NCBI RefSeq assembly: GCF_000195755.1
Contig: NC_002937.3
Span: 2,850,001 to 2,882,000, forward strand
Source of the DNA: Nitratidesulfovibrio vulgaris str. Hildenborough
GTDB lineage: Bacteria > Desulfobacterota > Desulfovibrionia > Desulfovibrionales > Desulfovibrionaceae
DNA length: 32,000 bases
Reading direction: 5' to 3'
Part shown: in pieces, positions 1 through 8,739 of the stretch
Layout of the letters: each line of letters opens with the position of its first letter
Numbering within the stretch: position 1 is the first letter of the stretch
Translations under genes and position numbers: made by a program
The notes under the pieces: generated by a model
What the model saw: the letters and a program-made list of their open reading frames with translations, nothing else
What the model was told of the DNA's origin: nothing
Databases searched by the model: none

Positions 1-711
1 GATGAGTGCCACGATGTTGTAGTTCTCGGGCAGGAAGATGAAGTCGGGCTTGGCTGCGAGCAGCTTGGTCAGCTGGGCCGAGAAGTCCTGGTCCTTGGTG
101 CCGTGCGACTCGAAGGCGACCACGGTGCCCTTGCCGTGCTTCTCTTCCCACTTCACGCGGAAGATGTCGGCAAGGCCCTTGGAGTAGTCGTTGGAGACGT
201 CGAACATGACGGCGGCGGTCTTGGCGCCGAACTGCTTCGAGGCGAAGTTCACGACCACAGGAGCCTGGAAGGGGTCGAGGAAGGCGGCGCGGAACACCCA
301 GGGACGCCCCTTGGTGGTGTCGGGGTTGGTGGACCACGGCGAGATGAGCGGGGTCTCGTTGTCGTCGGCGACGCCGCCAGCGGGCACAGCCTGCTTGGAG
401 GAGTTGGGGCCGACGATGGCGAGCACCTGATCGCGCTCGATGAGCTTGAGTGCCGCGTTGACGGCCGACTCAGGCTTGGACTCGTTGTCCTCATACACGA
501 ATTCGAGCATGTACTTCTTGCCGCCCACTTCGAGACCGCCCTTGGCGTTGATCTCGTCGCGCAGCATCTCGGCGGCGAACTTGGAGGCCTCGCCGACCTT
601 GGGGATGTCACCGGTGAGCGGGATGTCGAAGCCTATCTTGATGGTATCGGCCGCATACGCTGCCGAAGCCATCAGAAGGAGCATCAGCATGGACAGAACG
701 GTTTTCCTCAT
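1..711 (-). CDS. Amino-acid (branched-chain type) ABC transporter periplasmic substrate-binding protein, LivJ/LivK-like; 3' end runs off the window
   Basis: Absent from the ORF track because it is open at the window edge. Reverse-strand translation from ATG (complement of 709-711) gives MRKTVLSMLMLLLMASAAYAADTIKIGFDIPLTGDIPKVGEASKFAAEMLRDEINAKGGLEVGGKKYMLEFVYEDNESKPESAVNAALKLIERDQVLAIVGPNSS..., with 237 sense codons down to position 1. It has a signal peptide and the typical Leu/Ile/Val-binding-protein N-terminal pattern. GGAGG lies 6 nt upstream of the ATG. Confidence 0.85.
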   Translation of the reverse strand, partial: MRKTVLSMLMLLLMASAAYAADTIKIGFDIPLTGDIPKVGEASKFAAEMLRDEINAKGGLEVGGKKYMLEFVYEDNESKPESAVNAALKLIERDQVLAIVGPNSSKQAVPAGGVADDNETPLISPWSTNPDTTKGRPWVFRAAFLDPFQAPVVVNFASKQFGAKTAAVMFDVSNDYSKGLADIFRVKWEEKHGKGTVVAFESHGTKDQDFSAQLTKLLAAKPDFIFLPENYNIVALI

Positions 712-774
712 CGCTAGCCTCCTCGCAAGGTGATGAATGAAATGACGGTTCGCAATTAGTACAGCAATCAGCGG

Positions 775-1060
775 GAGATGGGAACATCATTTATCAATTT
801 TGTCCTTATTGTAAACAGCATATAAAATCAATATGTTATAACTTGACATTATTGTTATAATAAAATACGCGTATTTTCAGTATGTTAACTTTGTAGCATT
901 AGATTACGGTCTGTTTTAATTCCATGCATACTGAATGACAAAACAGTCGTTTTTTAATATATTGATTTCAGTGCAGTTATGGAATGACAAGCCACCACCG
1001 AGATTTCTGTGCAACCGTTTTAGTGGTCTGAAAAACTACCATTTACAGCATCGTCAAACG
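775..1060. promoter_or_regulatory. Visibly AT-rich divergent intergenic region between the liv-like gene (-) and the DapF-like gene (+); contains a perfect 16-bp palindrome AAAATACGCGTATTTT (862-877) flanked by TATGTTA(TA)AC direct repeats (832-842, 881-889)
   Basis: Direct reading of the sequence. The composition contrasts sharply with the GC-rich flanks. The palindrome is its own reverse complement. Confidence 0.5.
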
Positions 1061-1088
1061 ATTAAACGCGCAAACACACAGGGTCGCC

Positions 1089-2033
1089 ATGTTAGCCATC
1101 CCATTCCACAAAATGAGTCCCGGCGGAAACACCACCATCCTCGTCCCCCACTCCGCTGTAGATGCCCTTCACAGGGCCCCTGTCGCCACGCGGCTCATGC
1201 ACGGCCTCCACCTTGGGGCGGAACAGGTGGGCTTCATCGACATGGGGTCTTCCATCCCCCGCCTCGACATGATGGGAGGCGAATTCTGCGGCAATGCCTG
1301 CCGCTGCCTTGCCGCACTCCTCCTGCTTGAAGGACGGGTGCAGGACGACGGACAAGGAGGGAGCACAGGGCGCATCGCCGCCTCCGGCGTATCGACTCCG
1401 GTACACTTCACAGCAAGGCACCTGCCTGACGGTGCAGTGGACGCCTCCATACGCATGGACCTTCCCGCCATGCCAGACATGGTCGACATCGCACCGGGCA
1501 TGAGCCTTGTCCGCCTTCCCGGCATCAGCCACCTGTTGCTCGACCTTGCGCTTCACCCCTACCCCGGACGCCCCGGTGAGACAGTGCCAGGCATCCTGCG
1601 GCGCTACGGACTGGATGAGGCACCCGCTGCGGGGTGCATCTGGTTCGGTGAAAACGGCGGAAGGCGGTTCATCAAGCCGGTAGTGCATGTCCGGGACACC
1701 GCCACCATCCATGAAGAGACGGCGTGCGGGTCGGGGACGCTGGCGCTGGCATTGCACCTCTCGCGCCACGCCGCCCCTGCGGCTGATGCCATCGACAAGG
1801 CCGCAAGCCCCGCAACGGGCAAGCCAGCCGAACGCATCACCCGCGTACCCCGTGATTGCTGCACTCCTCCGGATGATGCGGAGTGCACGAACGACGCGTG
1901 GCACGTCATCGGACAACCAAGCGGTGCCGTCATCCGTGCCACAGTGAAGGCGGGTGCCGACGGCATCGAGGCATGGATTGGCGGGCCTGTGACCCTCATC
2001 GCCCAAGGCAAGGCTTTCGTTTCCATCGCCTGA
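1089..2033 (+). CDS. DapF-family (PLP-independent) epimerase/racemase-like protein, substrate unknown
   Basis: The N-terminus MLAIPFHKMSPGGNTTIL parallels the DapF N-terminal F-x-K-M-x-G-x-G-N-D pattern. Two Cys motifs, GGEFCGNACRC and EETACGSGTLAL, resemble the paired catalytic-cysteine motifs of diaminopimelate-epimerase-fold enzymes. By-eye comparison only. Confidence 0.7.
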   Translation: MLAIPFHKMSPGGNTTILVPHSAVDALHRAPVATRLMHGLHLGAEQVGFIDMGSSIPRLDMMGGEFCGNACRCLAALLLLEGRVQDDGQGGSTGRIAASGVSTPVHFTARHLPDGAVDASIRMDLPAMPDMVDIAPGMSLVRLPGISHLLLDLALHPYPGRPGETVPGILRRYGLDEAPAAGCIWFGENGGRRFIKPVVHVRDTATIHEETACGSGTLALALHLSRHAAPAADAIDKAASPATGKPAERITRVPRDCCTPPDDAECTNDAWHVIGQPSGAVIRATVKAGADGIEAWIGGPVTLIAQGKAFVSIA

Positions 2034-2450
2034 GGCCTTCATGCGCCTGCGCAAGGGCTGTCGAAGCCGACGGGTGAGGAGGCGGAGAGGTCGCGCAGCA
2101 GGCGAGGCGATAGGCCCGACGGCAGGCAGGGACGCCGTGTGGCGACGGACAGGACAATCAGGATGACAGACGGGGGCAAGCCAGAACGGCAGACGGACAC
2201 AGGCAGGAAACCTGCCGGACACGCAGGAGACGACGTACGTCAACAGGCCAGATACCGCAGTCGGGCCAGCTGCCGCATGGTGACGCCGGACCGTGAGTCC
2301 GATACCCGGCGCCCTGTAATGACACCCGCCGCGGAGTCGACACCGTCCATCATGAATACTGTCGCCCACACATGCACACTCGCGTTGACGAGTCCGTAAC
2401 CATTCCGTAACAATGGCACTGCTCCCGTCCCTTCGACGGGCAACACCAAC

Positions 2451-5400
2451 ATGCGAGCTGTGGCCCAGATGTCCTTCCGTTCCCTCTTCTTCGACCAGCA
2501 AGACCGCGAACTGCTGCTCATGGCCAACAAGGTCATCGAACGGCAGTACACCAGTCCCATGGTCCGGAAACTCTTCGACGGCAACCTGCACCCACACGGC
2601 ATCAAGGAGCTTTCGGTCTCGCGTGAACTCCGTATCGCCTACGCCGTCATCAACCTTCTCGACACCCTCGAGGCAGGCAGGGCCGAAGACCGCCTCATGG
2701 CCCTCACCGCCCTGCGCGACGAAGCCCTCATGAGCGCCGAGACCGGGCTTCGCCGCAACACGGCCCGGGTGCTCATCCAGATCATGAAGGAACTGGTGCG
2801 AGCGCATGGCGACCAGTGCCGACAGCTCAAACTCGCGCACGACTTCAGGCGTGCGGCTTCGGGCAAGCCCCGCGTCATCCGCGCCCTTCTGCGGCGCTAT
2901 CACCTGCTGGAGATGCCCGAGGCATGGAACCAGCTTGCCTTCGACAACCACGTCCACGACGCCAACACCAAGGGGCGCAAGAACCCCACGCACCTCATCA
3001 TGGATGCGTGGATCAAGGGCATACGCCACCTCACGGTCATCTATTACAACTACATCGAGCCCGCCGCCGCACAGGAACTCTTGCAGGCGGCAGAGATCAT
3101 GGGCGTGTCCATCCGCATCGGCGTCGAGTTCAAGTCACCGCTGCGAGGCAAGTATGTCGACCTCATCTGGGTGCCCCGCGGCTTCTCCGACGCACAGGGT
3201 TTTCTGGCCTTTCTCGCCGAAGCCCCCACGCAGCACCTCATGCACGAAGGGCGCAAGGCGTCGCGCTGGCAAGAGCAGTATGTGCTGCGCATGCTCCAGC
3301 GCTGGAACAACCGCCACCGCCGCACTCTGAACACCGAGCTTGGCCTCACCCTCGAACCCTTGGGACGCGAGGAGTTTCTCGCCTTCGTGGGCACGGGACA
3401 GGCGTCGCTGCTGCACCTTGCCGAGTTCATCCACAAGCGGATGAAGCCCGCGCTGGAGAGTCGTGTCGAGGAACTGCGCGACGAATGGCGCATCGCCACA
3501 CCGCCGCGACGTGCCGAAATCGAGACACGGGTCGAACAGCTCAACAGGCTCGACCCTGAGACCATCCTCGACACATGGCTCACCCATGTGGCCAACGACG
3601 ACCTGCCCGACCCGGAAGTGCCTTCCGAAGCACCCGAACTGCCCGACATCCTGCGCATGGACCCGCGCTCGCTGCTCGACTGGCTCACCAGTCTGCACAG
3701 CGGCTACCGCGTGACGCTCAACCTCGGGGGCGTCACGGTCGAGGATGTGCTCGAACTGCTGTGGGACTGCGAAGGCCTCATCACGCACCTTGAGCTGTTC
3801 AACCTCAAGGACTGGCACGAGGGCAAGGCGGACGGGCTCGAAGCCATCAATGCCCTGCAGCTGGCCATCAACAGCGGTCGCGTGCCCCTGCTCAAGCAGC
3901 TCATCCGCAACATCATCAAGGACTATACGGAGTCCGGCACGGCAGACTGCAAGGAACGGTGTGACAAGTTCCGCGCCGTTCTCCGAAATATCCCGAGGCT
4001 TCAGGGCTTCTACAAGTCGGTGCCGCTCAGGTCGCGCATCGGCACCGACTCCACCAGCCGTTCGCACCGGATGCACGGCATGGGCCTTGTCTTTCCCGAG
4101 ACGCTGCCGCCACGCGCCCAGCGGGTCATCCGCGACCCGAAGGACACCATGCGGCAGATCATCCCCGTGCGCACCACGGTCTTCCTGCGTGAAAGCTACC
4201 AGCCCCGGCGCCACCCGCCCCTCGGGCGACGGCTCACGGCAATGCTGCGCCGCATTCCGGGACTTTCGCGCCTCGGCTACCGGCGCGAGACGGAGTGGGT
4301 GGTACGCACCGACAGTTCGCGGGTCACGGCGGACGGCAACATCGCCACGCTGGGCGGCTTCCTGCGCGACAACGACAACGACCTGTCCCTGAAGGAGACC
4401 GCCGGGGCGGCCTGTCCGCGCTGGATGGGCTTCGGCTACATGAACACCGGCATCGTCAACCTGCTCAAGGTGCTTGCGGGCTTCATCCCTGCCATGCTCT
4501 CGTTCCAGTACACACAGTCATGGTGGGTGCTGGCGTGGTTCGGCGCACTCATATGGTTCGGCATCACGGGGTTCCGCAACATCCTGCAGGCGGTGCTCGG
4601 CGGTGGAGGCATCAGCCGCACCCCGCTGCTGCGCTGGAACGACTACGTGAGCTGGAGCCGCATCAGCGACTCGCTCATGTACACCGGCATCTCCGTCCCC
4701 CTGCTGGAAGTGGTGATGCGCAGCCTCGTGCTGCAAGACATGCTGGGACTCACCGTACAGTCCAACCCCACGCTGGTGTACACCTGCATCGCCGTGGCCA
4801 ACGGCCTGTACATCGCCGCGCACAACAGCTACCGGGGCCTGCAACGCGAGGCCATCATCGGCAACCTGTTCCGCAGTGCGCTCGCCATCCCCATGTCGAT
4901 GCTCTACAACGAGATAGCCCTCGAACTGCTCGTCCTTGGCGGCGTGGCAGACCCGTGGGCCATGATCCAGCCCGGTGCGGCTGTCATCTCCAAGACGGCA
5001 TCCGACACCGTGGCCGCCATCATCGAAGGATTCGCCGACCGCAACAGCAACCTGCGGATGCGCCGGTGGGACTACGAGAGCAAACTCGAACAGCTCTATG
5101 ACAGCTACGCCCGCCTCGAACTGCTCTTCCCCGAGGAGGACGTGCTGGAACTGCTCAAGGCGCCCAAGCAGTTCATCCGCGCCGTCGAAGCCGAGGCGAG
5201 GCATCTTGAGACCGCCATCATCATCAACGCCCTCGACCTCATGTACTTCTGGATGTACCAGCCGCGGGCCCGCGACATCCTGCGCGAGCAACTGCGGAGC
5301 ATGTCCGCGGATGAACGCAAGGTACTCGTCCGTTCACAGCTGGTGCTCACCCGCGAACGGGAGGTAAGCCAGCTGTTCGTGGACGGTATCGTGGGACGCA

Positions 5401-5495
5401 ACTTCTCCCGCCCGCTGGCCTTCTATCTCGACCGCCACGAAGAGTACCTGCGCGACATGGAACAGATTTGCGCCAGAGGGTCCGCAGGCTGCTGA
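2451..5495 (+). CDS. Large (1014 aa) uncharacterised protein: ~660-aa soluble N-terminal region, multi-pass membrane region (approx nt 4440-4955), ~180-aa helical C-terminal region
   Basis: 3-kb uninterrupted ORF starting at ATG 2451 (alternative ATG 2469), with an in-frame TAA at 2397. Hydrophobic segments include GIVNLLKVLAGFIPAMLSF, WWVLAWFGALIWFGITGF, LVYTCIAVANGLYIAA and IIGNLFRSALAIPMSMLY. I recognise no catalytic motif. Confidence 0.8.
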   Translation: MRAVAQMSFRSLFFDQQDRELLLMANKVIERQYTSPMVRKLFDGNLHPHGIKELSVSRELRIAYAVINLLDTLEAGRAEDRLMALTALRDEALMSAETGLRRNTARVLIQIMKELVRAHGDQCRQLKLAHDFRRAASGKPRVIRALLRRYHLLEMPEAWNQLAFDNHVHDANTKGRKNPTHLIMDAWIKGIRHLTVIYYNYIEPAAAQELLQAAEIMGVSIRIGVEFKSPLRGKYVDLIWVPRGFSDAQGFLAFLAEAPTQHLMHEGRKASRWQEQYVLRMLQRWNNRHRRTLNTELGLTLEPLGREEFLAFVGTGQASLLHLAEFIHKRMKPALESRVEELRDEWRIATPPRRAEIETRVEQLNRLDPETILDTWLTHVANDDLPDPEVPSEAPELPDILRMDPRSLLDWLTSLHSGYRVTLNLGGVTVEDVLELLWDCEGLITHLELFNLKDWHEGKADGLEAINALQLAINSGRVPLLKQLIRNIIKDYTESGTADCKERCDKFRAVLRNIPRLQGFYKSVPLRSRIGTDSTSRSHRMHGMGLVFPETLPPRAQRVIRDPKDTMRQIIPVRTTVFLRESYQPRRHPPLGRRLTAMLRRIPGLSRLGYRRETEWVVRTDSSRVTADGNIATLGGFLRDNDNDLSLKETAGAACPRWMGFGYMNTGIVNLLKVLAGFIPAMLSFQYTQSWWVLAWFGALIWFGITGFRNILQAVLGGGGISRTPLLRWNDYVSWSRISDSLMYTGISVPLLEVVMRSLVLQDMLGLTVQSNPTLVYTCIAVANGLYIAAHNSYRGLQREAIIGNLFRSALAIPMSMLYNEIALELLVLGGVADPWAMIQPGAAVISKTASDTVAAIIEGFADRNSNLRMRRWDYESKLEQLYDSYARLELLFPEEDVLELLKAPKQFIRAVEAEARHLETAIIINALDLMYFWMYQPRARDILREQLRSMSADERKVLVRSQLVLTREREVSQLFVDGIVGRNFSRPLAFYLDRHEEYLRDMEQICARGSAGC

Positions 5496-5561
5496 CGACA
5501 TCGGGGGCAAGGGGAACGTCCACGGCAGTGGCTTTCCGCCCACAGATTGCACCATATGCAA

Positions 5562-5595
5562 GAACGGCCGCTGCGCTCATGCGCAGCGGCCGTTC
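5562..5595. terminator. Perfect 15-bp inverted repeat (GAACGGCCGCTGCGC-tcat-GCGCAGCGGCCGTTC) between convergent gene ends; candidate bidirectional terminator hairpin
   Basis: Read directly. It lies between the stop of the 1014-aa ORF (5495) and the stop of cobM (5627). No clear U-tract on either side. Confidence 0.5.
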
Positions 5596-5626
5596 CAGTC
5601 ATCGACAGCCGCAAGGCCGCAGGGGT

Positions 5627-6415
5627 TCAACGGGCTTCACGCCAGCCGTGGGCGAATGTCTCGTCATACAGCCGTGAGACCGTCTCCGGCCCCGTCTCGC
5701 CGGGCAGCACCAGAAAGACCGTCTGGCGCGAGTAACCTGTCTCGCTCATGGTCTCCGCAAGCGCCTGCACCGTGGTCATGACATGGCTGCCGTCGGGCCA
5801 CCCCACCCGGTGGGCAGCCAGCACGCACGTCTCCGGTGCGACCCCCGCAGCCAGCAATTCGTCACGCAGGCGTTCAGGCGTCGCTGCTGAAAGATAGATG
5901 GCCAGCGCGCTGCCATGCGCGGCAAGGGCGCGCAGCCGTTCGCGTTCAGGCACGGGGGTGCGTCCTTCAAGACGGGTGATGACGAGACTCTGCGTGACCT
6001 CCGGCGCGGTGAACGAGACACACGCCTGTGCCGCCGCCGCGAAGGCTGCCGTCACGCCCGGCACCACGCCATAGGCGATGCCGTCCGCATCGAGAAGCCG
6101 CATCTGCTCACGGGTGGCCCCGTATAGCGCCGGGTCGCCCGTGTGCACCCGCGCCACTGTCCCCCCACGCCGGACGGTGTCCCGCATGAGCGAGTGCGTC
6201 TCTTCCAGTGTCATGGATGAGGAATCCGCCACCTGTGCGCCAGCGTGGGCGCATGCCACCACCTCGGGCGGCACCAGCGAGCCCGCATAGAGTACGAGGT
6301 CGGCCCCGGCGATGATGCGCTGTCCCTTGATGGTGAGCAATTCCGGGTCTCCCGGCCCTGCCCCCACGAACCATACCCGTATGGTGTCATGGCCTTTCAC
6401 GGTATCGTCTCCCAT
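5627..6415 (-). CDS. cobM: Precorrin-4 / cobalt-precorrin-4 C11-methyltransferase (CobM/CbiF)
   Basis: IRVWFVGAGPGDPELLTIKGQRIIAGADLVLYAGSLVP is the classic tetrapyrrole-methylase N-terminus, and the length fits. I prefer ATG at 6415 (GGGAGGG 8 nt upstream) over the track's GTG at 6421. The start lies within a few nt of the cobL stop (6418-6420). Confidence 0.9.
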   Translation of the reverse strand: MGDDTVKGHDTIRVWFVGAGPGDPELLTIKGQRIIAGADLVLYAGSLVPPEVVACAHAGAQVADSSSMTLEETHSLMRDTVRRGGTVARVHTGDPALYGATREQMRLLDADGIAYGVVPGVTAAFAAAAQACVSFTAPEVTQSLVITRLEGRTPVPERERLRALAAHGSALAIYLSAATPERLRDELLAAGVAPETCVLAAHRVGWPDGSHVMTTVQALAETMSETGYSRQTVFLVLPGETGPETVSRLYDETFAHGWREAR

Positions 6416-6417
6416 GG

Positions 6418-8739
6418 TCACTGCCCTCCCGTCTGTGGCCGTGCGGCAGAGACAAGATGCACGGGGTTGAACGCCGCAAGGCGCATGTCACCGGCAAGAG
6501 GCGACGAGACCGAAGCCTGTACGCAGACGACCTCGGCGGGCCACCCGAGGTTGCGGAACACCCCCAGTGCCCTTTCGAGGCTGCCCAGCAGCACGCACGC
6601 CACGACCACGCGCCCGCCGGGGGCGAGTCTCTCGCAGACGGTATGCAGCACCGGACAGGAGGCATCGGCACTGATGCCACCGAGACCGCCGCCCATGAAC
6701 ACCCGGTCGGGTGTGGGCAGGCTGGCGAGACACGCCGGGGCGTCGCCGTGCACGACCTCGATGTTGGCCGCCCCCATACGACGCCGATTCTCCTCCACGC
6801 AGACCACGCGGGCAGCGTCGCGTTCGACGGCCCATACGCTACCCCGCGATGCGACGGCGGCACACTCCACCGACATGGCACCGCTACCGGCACCCACGTC
6901 CCACACGGTATCCGCAGGGTTCACGCGCAACGCGGCAAGGGCCACCGCCCGCACGGGCCATTTGGTGAGCAGCCCCGCCTCGGCGGCAAAGAAGGTGTCG
7001 GGCATCCCGGTGCGGGGGCCGCGCACCTCGCCCTGCGGCACCAGAAGCACGGTGCAGCACGGCCCGAAGTCGAGGGCGGCACATGCGGCAAGCGAAAGGT
7101 CGTGAGCCTGTTCCTCCACCGTACCCATGTCCTCGAAGACATGCGCACGGAACCAGTCCACACCGCGGTCGAGAAGATGGCGGGCGATGCGGTCGGGCGT
7201 GTTCACGCCGTCGGTGAGCACGCAGACGGGGTGCCCGCCGAGTACCGCCGCCGCGAGAGGCCGCCAGTCGTCGCGTCCGTGCATGGAGACGGTCACGGTG
7301 TCGTGCCACGCCATGCCAAGCCGCGCCGCAGCCGCCTGCAGACAGCTTACGGACGGCACCACCCGGACGGCATCGGGCCCGAAATCACGGGCCACACGGG
7401 TGCCTATGCCGAAGAAGAGCGGGTCGCCATCGGCAAGCACCACCACACGCCGCCCTTCTTCACGCAAGCGGGCGACGGCTTCAAGGGCGTCCGTCACGGG
7501 CGAGGCGATGACCACCTGTCGCGCGGGGTGCCCGCGGAAGGCGGCAAGCTGCCGCCTGCCGCCCACCAGCACCTCCGCATCACGCAAGAGCGACTCATGG
7601 ACAGGAGAGAGCGCCGTATCCCCCGTGCCGAGACCGAGTACCGTCAGCGGAGGCAGACAGCACCCGGCATCACCGACTTCAGGAGAGGCGCAGAACGCAG
7701 ATTCAGAAACCTTGGCGTGACCATCGGAGGCACTGCCACCGGAGAGTCCTGCGTCGAGGGAGACCGCCTCGGCACCATCACGTCCAGCTAGGGCATCCGG
7801 TGCTGCACCGCATTCGGGGACGGCGACATGAGCGGCACCGATATCAGCCGCGGCAGTCGCCGGGCTGGCGTCTTCCAAGACGGCACCCCCGTGGCAACCG
7901 TCGCCCGTATCGTCGCAAGCGGCCTCTTGGGACGCGGCCCCGCAGACTGCGTCATCCGCTTCAGGGAATATATGACCGCCATCGCCATCCTCGGTCGCAG
8001 CGGACGCATGGGCACTCCCCTGCACCTCGACGGTGCACAGCGATGCCAGCACATCCGGCGTGAACGGGGGCCATGCCTGCGCCTCATCCCCCTCTTCACC
8101 GTCGTCGCCCGCGCCGTCGCCTTCATCCAAGCCGCCATGCCCCGCATCAGCGCCAAACACACCAGAAGCAGCAGGCACATCAGAAGTGCCAAACTCATCA
8201 GAGGCGTCGGGCGCATCCGCGAACGCAGGCATGATGTCAGAGGCCTCCGGCATCTCAGCCTCCCCGCCCGCCGTGAAACCATCCGTCACAGAGGCTCCTG
8301 ATACGGGTTCGCCCGATGAAGAGCCGCCTGACACAGGCCTATCCGTTGTGAATCCAACCGGTTCAGACTCGTCTGATGAGAGTTCGCCCGCTTCAGGCTC
8401 ACATAGGGAGGGGCCATCCGCGGCGGAGTCACCCGGTGCGGGTTCTCCGGGCGCAAGGCCGCCCGCTGCACCAAGCCATCGCAAGAGGGGCAGTTCATGG
8501 ACGGGGACGGACGACTCCGCGTCGCCTACTGTCTCGTGGTCGGGGCATCCGGTGACATCATCATGACTATCCGTGCAATGGCAGGGCGTGTCACCACTCC
8601 CCGTCCCTTCGGGACAGGCAAGGTCGCTGGCTTCACAGGGCGACACACCGTCTGCCACGTCGGGTTGCGGGGCTTCAGAGACGCCCTCATCCACCGGAGA
8701 GGGCAAGATGATACCGGGAAGAAGGGCCTGTCCGTTCAT
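6418..8739 (-). CDS. cobL: Precorrin-6Y C5,15-methyltransferase (decarboxylating), CbiE-CbiT fusion (CobL), with a 364-codon acidic low-complexity N-terminal extension
   Basis: The CbiE part begins at LTVLGLGTGDTALSP (L codon 7645-7647) and includes VVVLADGDPLFFGIG. The CbiT part carries the SAM motif VWDVGAGSGAMSVE. I set the start at ATG 8737-8739, which overlaps the cbiD stop as ATGA. The track start at 8961 would overlap cbiD by more than 200 nt and encodes Arg-rich junk. The start still carries uncertainty (see findings). Confidence 0.85.
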   Translation of the reverse strand: MNGQALLPGIILPSPVDEGVSEAPQPDVADGVSPCEASDLACPEGTGSGDTPCHCTDSHDDVTGCPDHETVGDAESSVPVHELPLLRWLGAAGGLAPGEPAPGDSAADGPSLCEPEAGELSSDESEPVGFTTDRPVSGGSSSGEPVSGASVTDGFTAGGEAEMPEASDIMPAFADAPDASDEFGTSDVPAASGVFGADAGHGGLDEGDGAGDDGEEGDEAQAWPPFTPDVLASLCTVEVQGSAHASAATEDGDGGHIFPEADDAVCGAASQEAACDDTGDGCHGGAVLEDASPATAAADIGAAHVAVPECGAAPDALAGRDGAEAVSLDAGLSGGSASDGHAKVSESAFCASPEVGDAGCCLPPLTVLGLGTGDTALSPVHESLLRDAEVLVGGRRQLAAFRGHPARQVVIASPVTDALEAVARLREEGRRVVVLADGDPLFFGIGTRVARDFGPDAVRVVPSVSCLQAAAARLGMAWHDTVTVSMHGRDDWRPLAAAVLGGHPVCVLTDGVNTPDRIARHLLDRGVDWFRAHVFEDMGTVEEQAHDLSLAACAALDFGPCCTVLLVPQGEVRGPRTGMPDTFFAAEAGLLTKWPVRAVALAALRVNPADTVWDVGAGSGAMSVECAAVASRGSVWAVERDAARVVCVEENRRRMGAANIEVVHGDAPACLASLPTPDRVFMGGGLGGISADASCPVLHTVCERLAPGGRVVVACVLLGSLERALGVFRNLGWPAEVVCVQASVSSPLAGDMRLAAFNPVHLVSAARPQTGGQ

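Noticed and set aside
2139-2399. 86-codon ORF (GTG start) inside the purine-rich spacer upstream of the 1014-aa gene
   Set aside because: It has no SD and a non-ATG start. The product is highly charged and low-complexity with no motif, and only moderately biased third positions. The purine-rich, T-poor composition of 2070-2240 is noted under the 1014-aa gene finding, but I cannot support a gene or RNA there.
1092-3029. 645-aa ORF on the - strand
   Set aside because: It runs antisense across the DapF-like gene, an intergenic spacer and the start of the 1014-aa gene. The product is Arg/Gly/Ala-rich junk with no motif. Shadow ORF.
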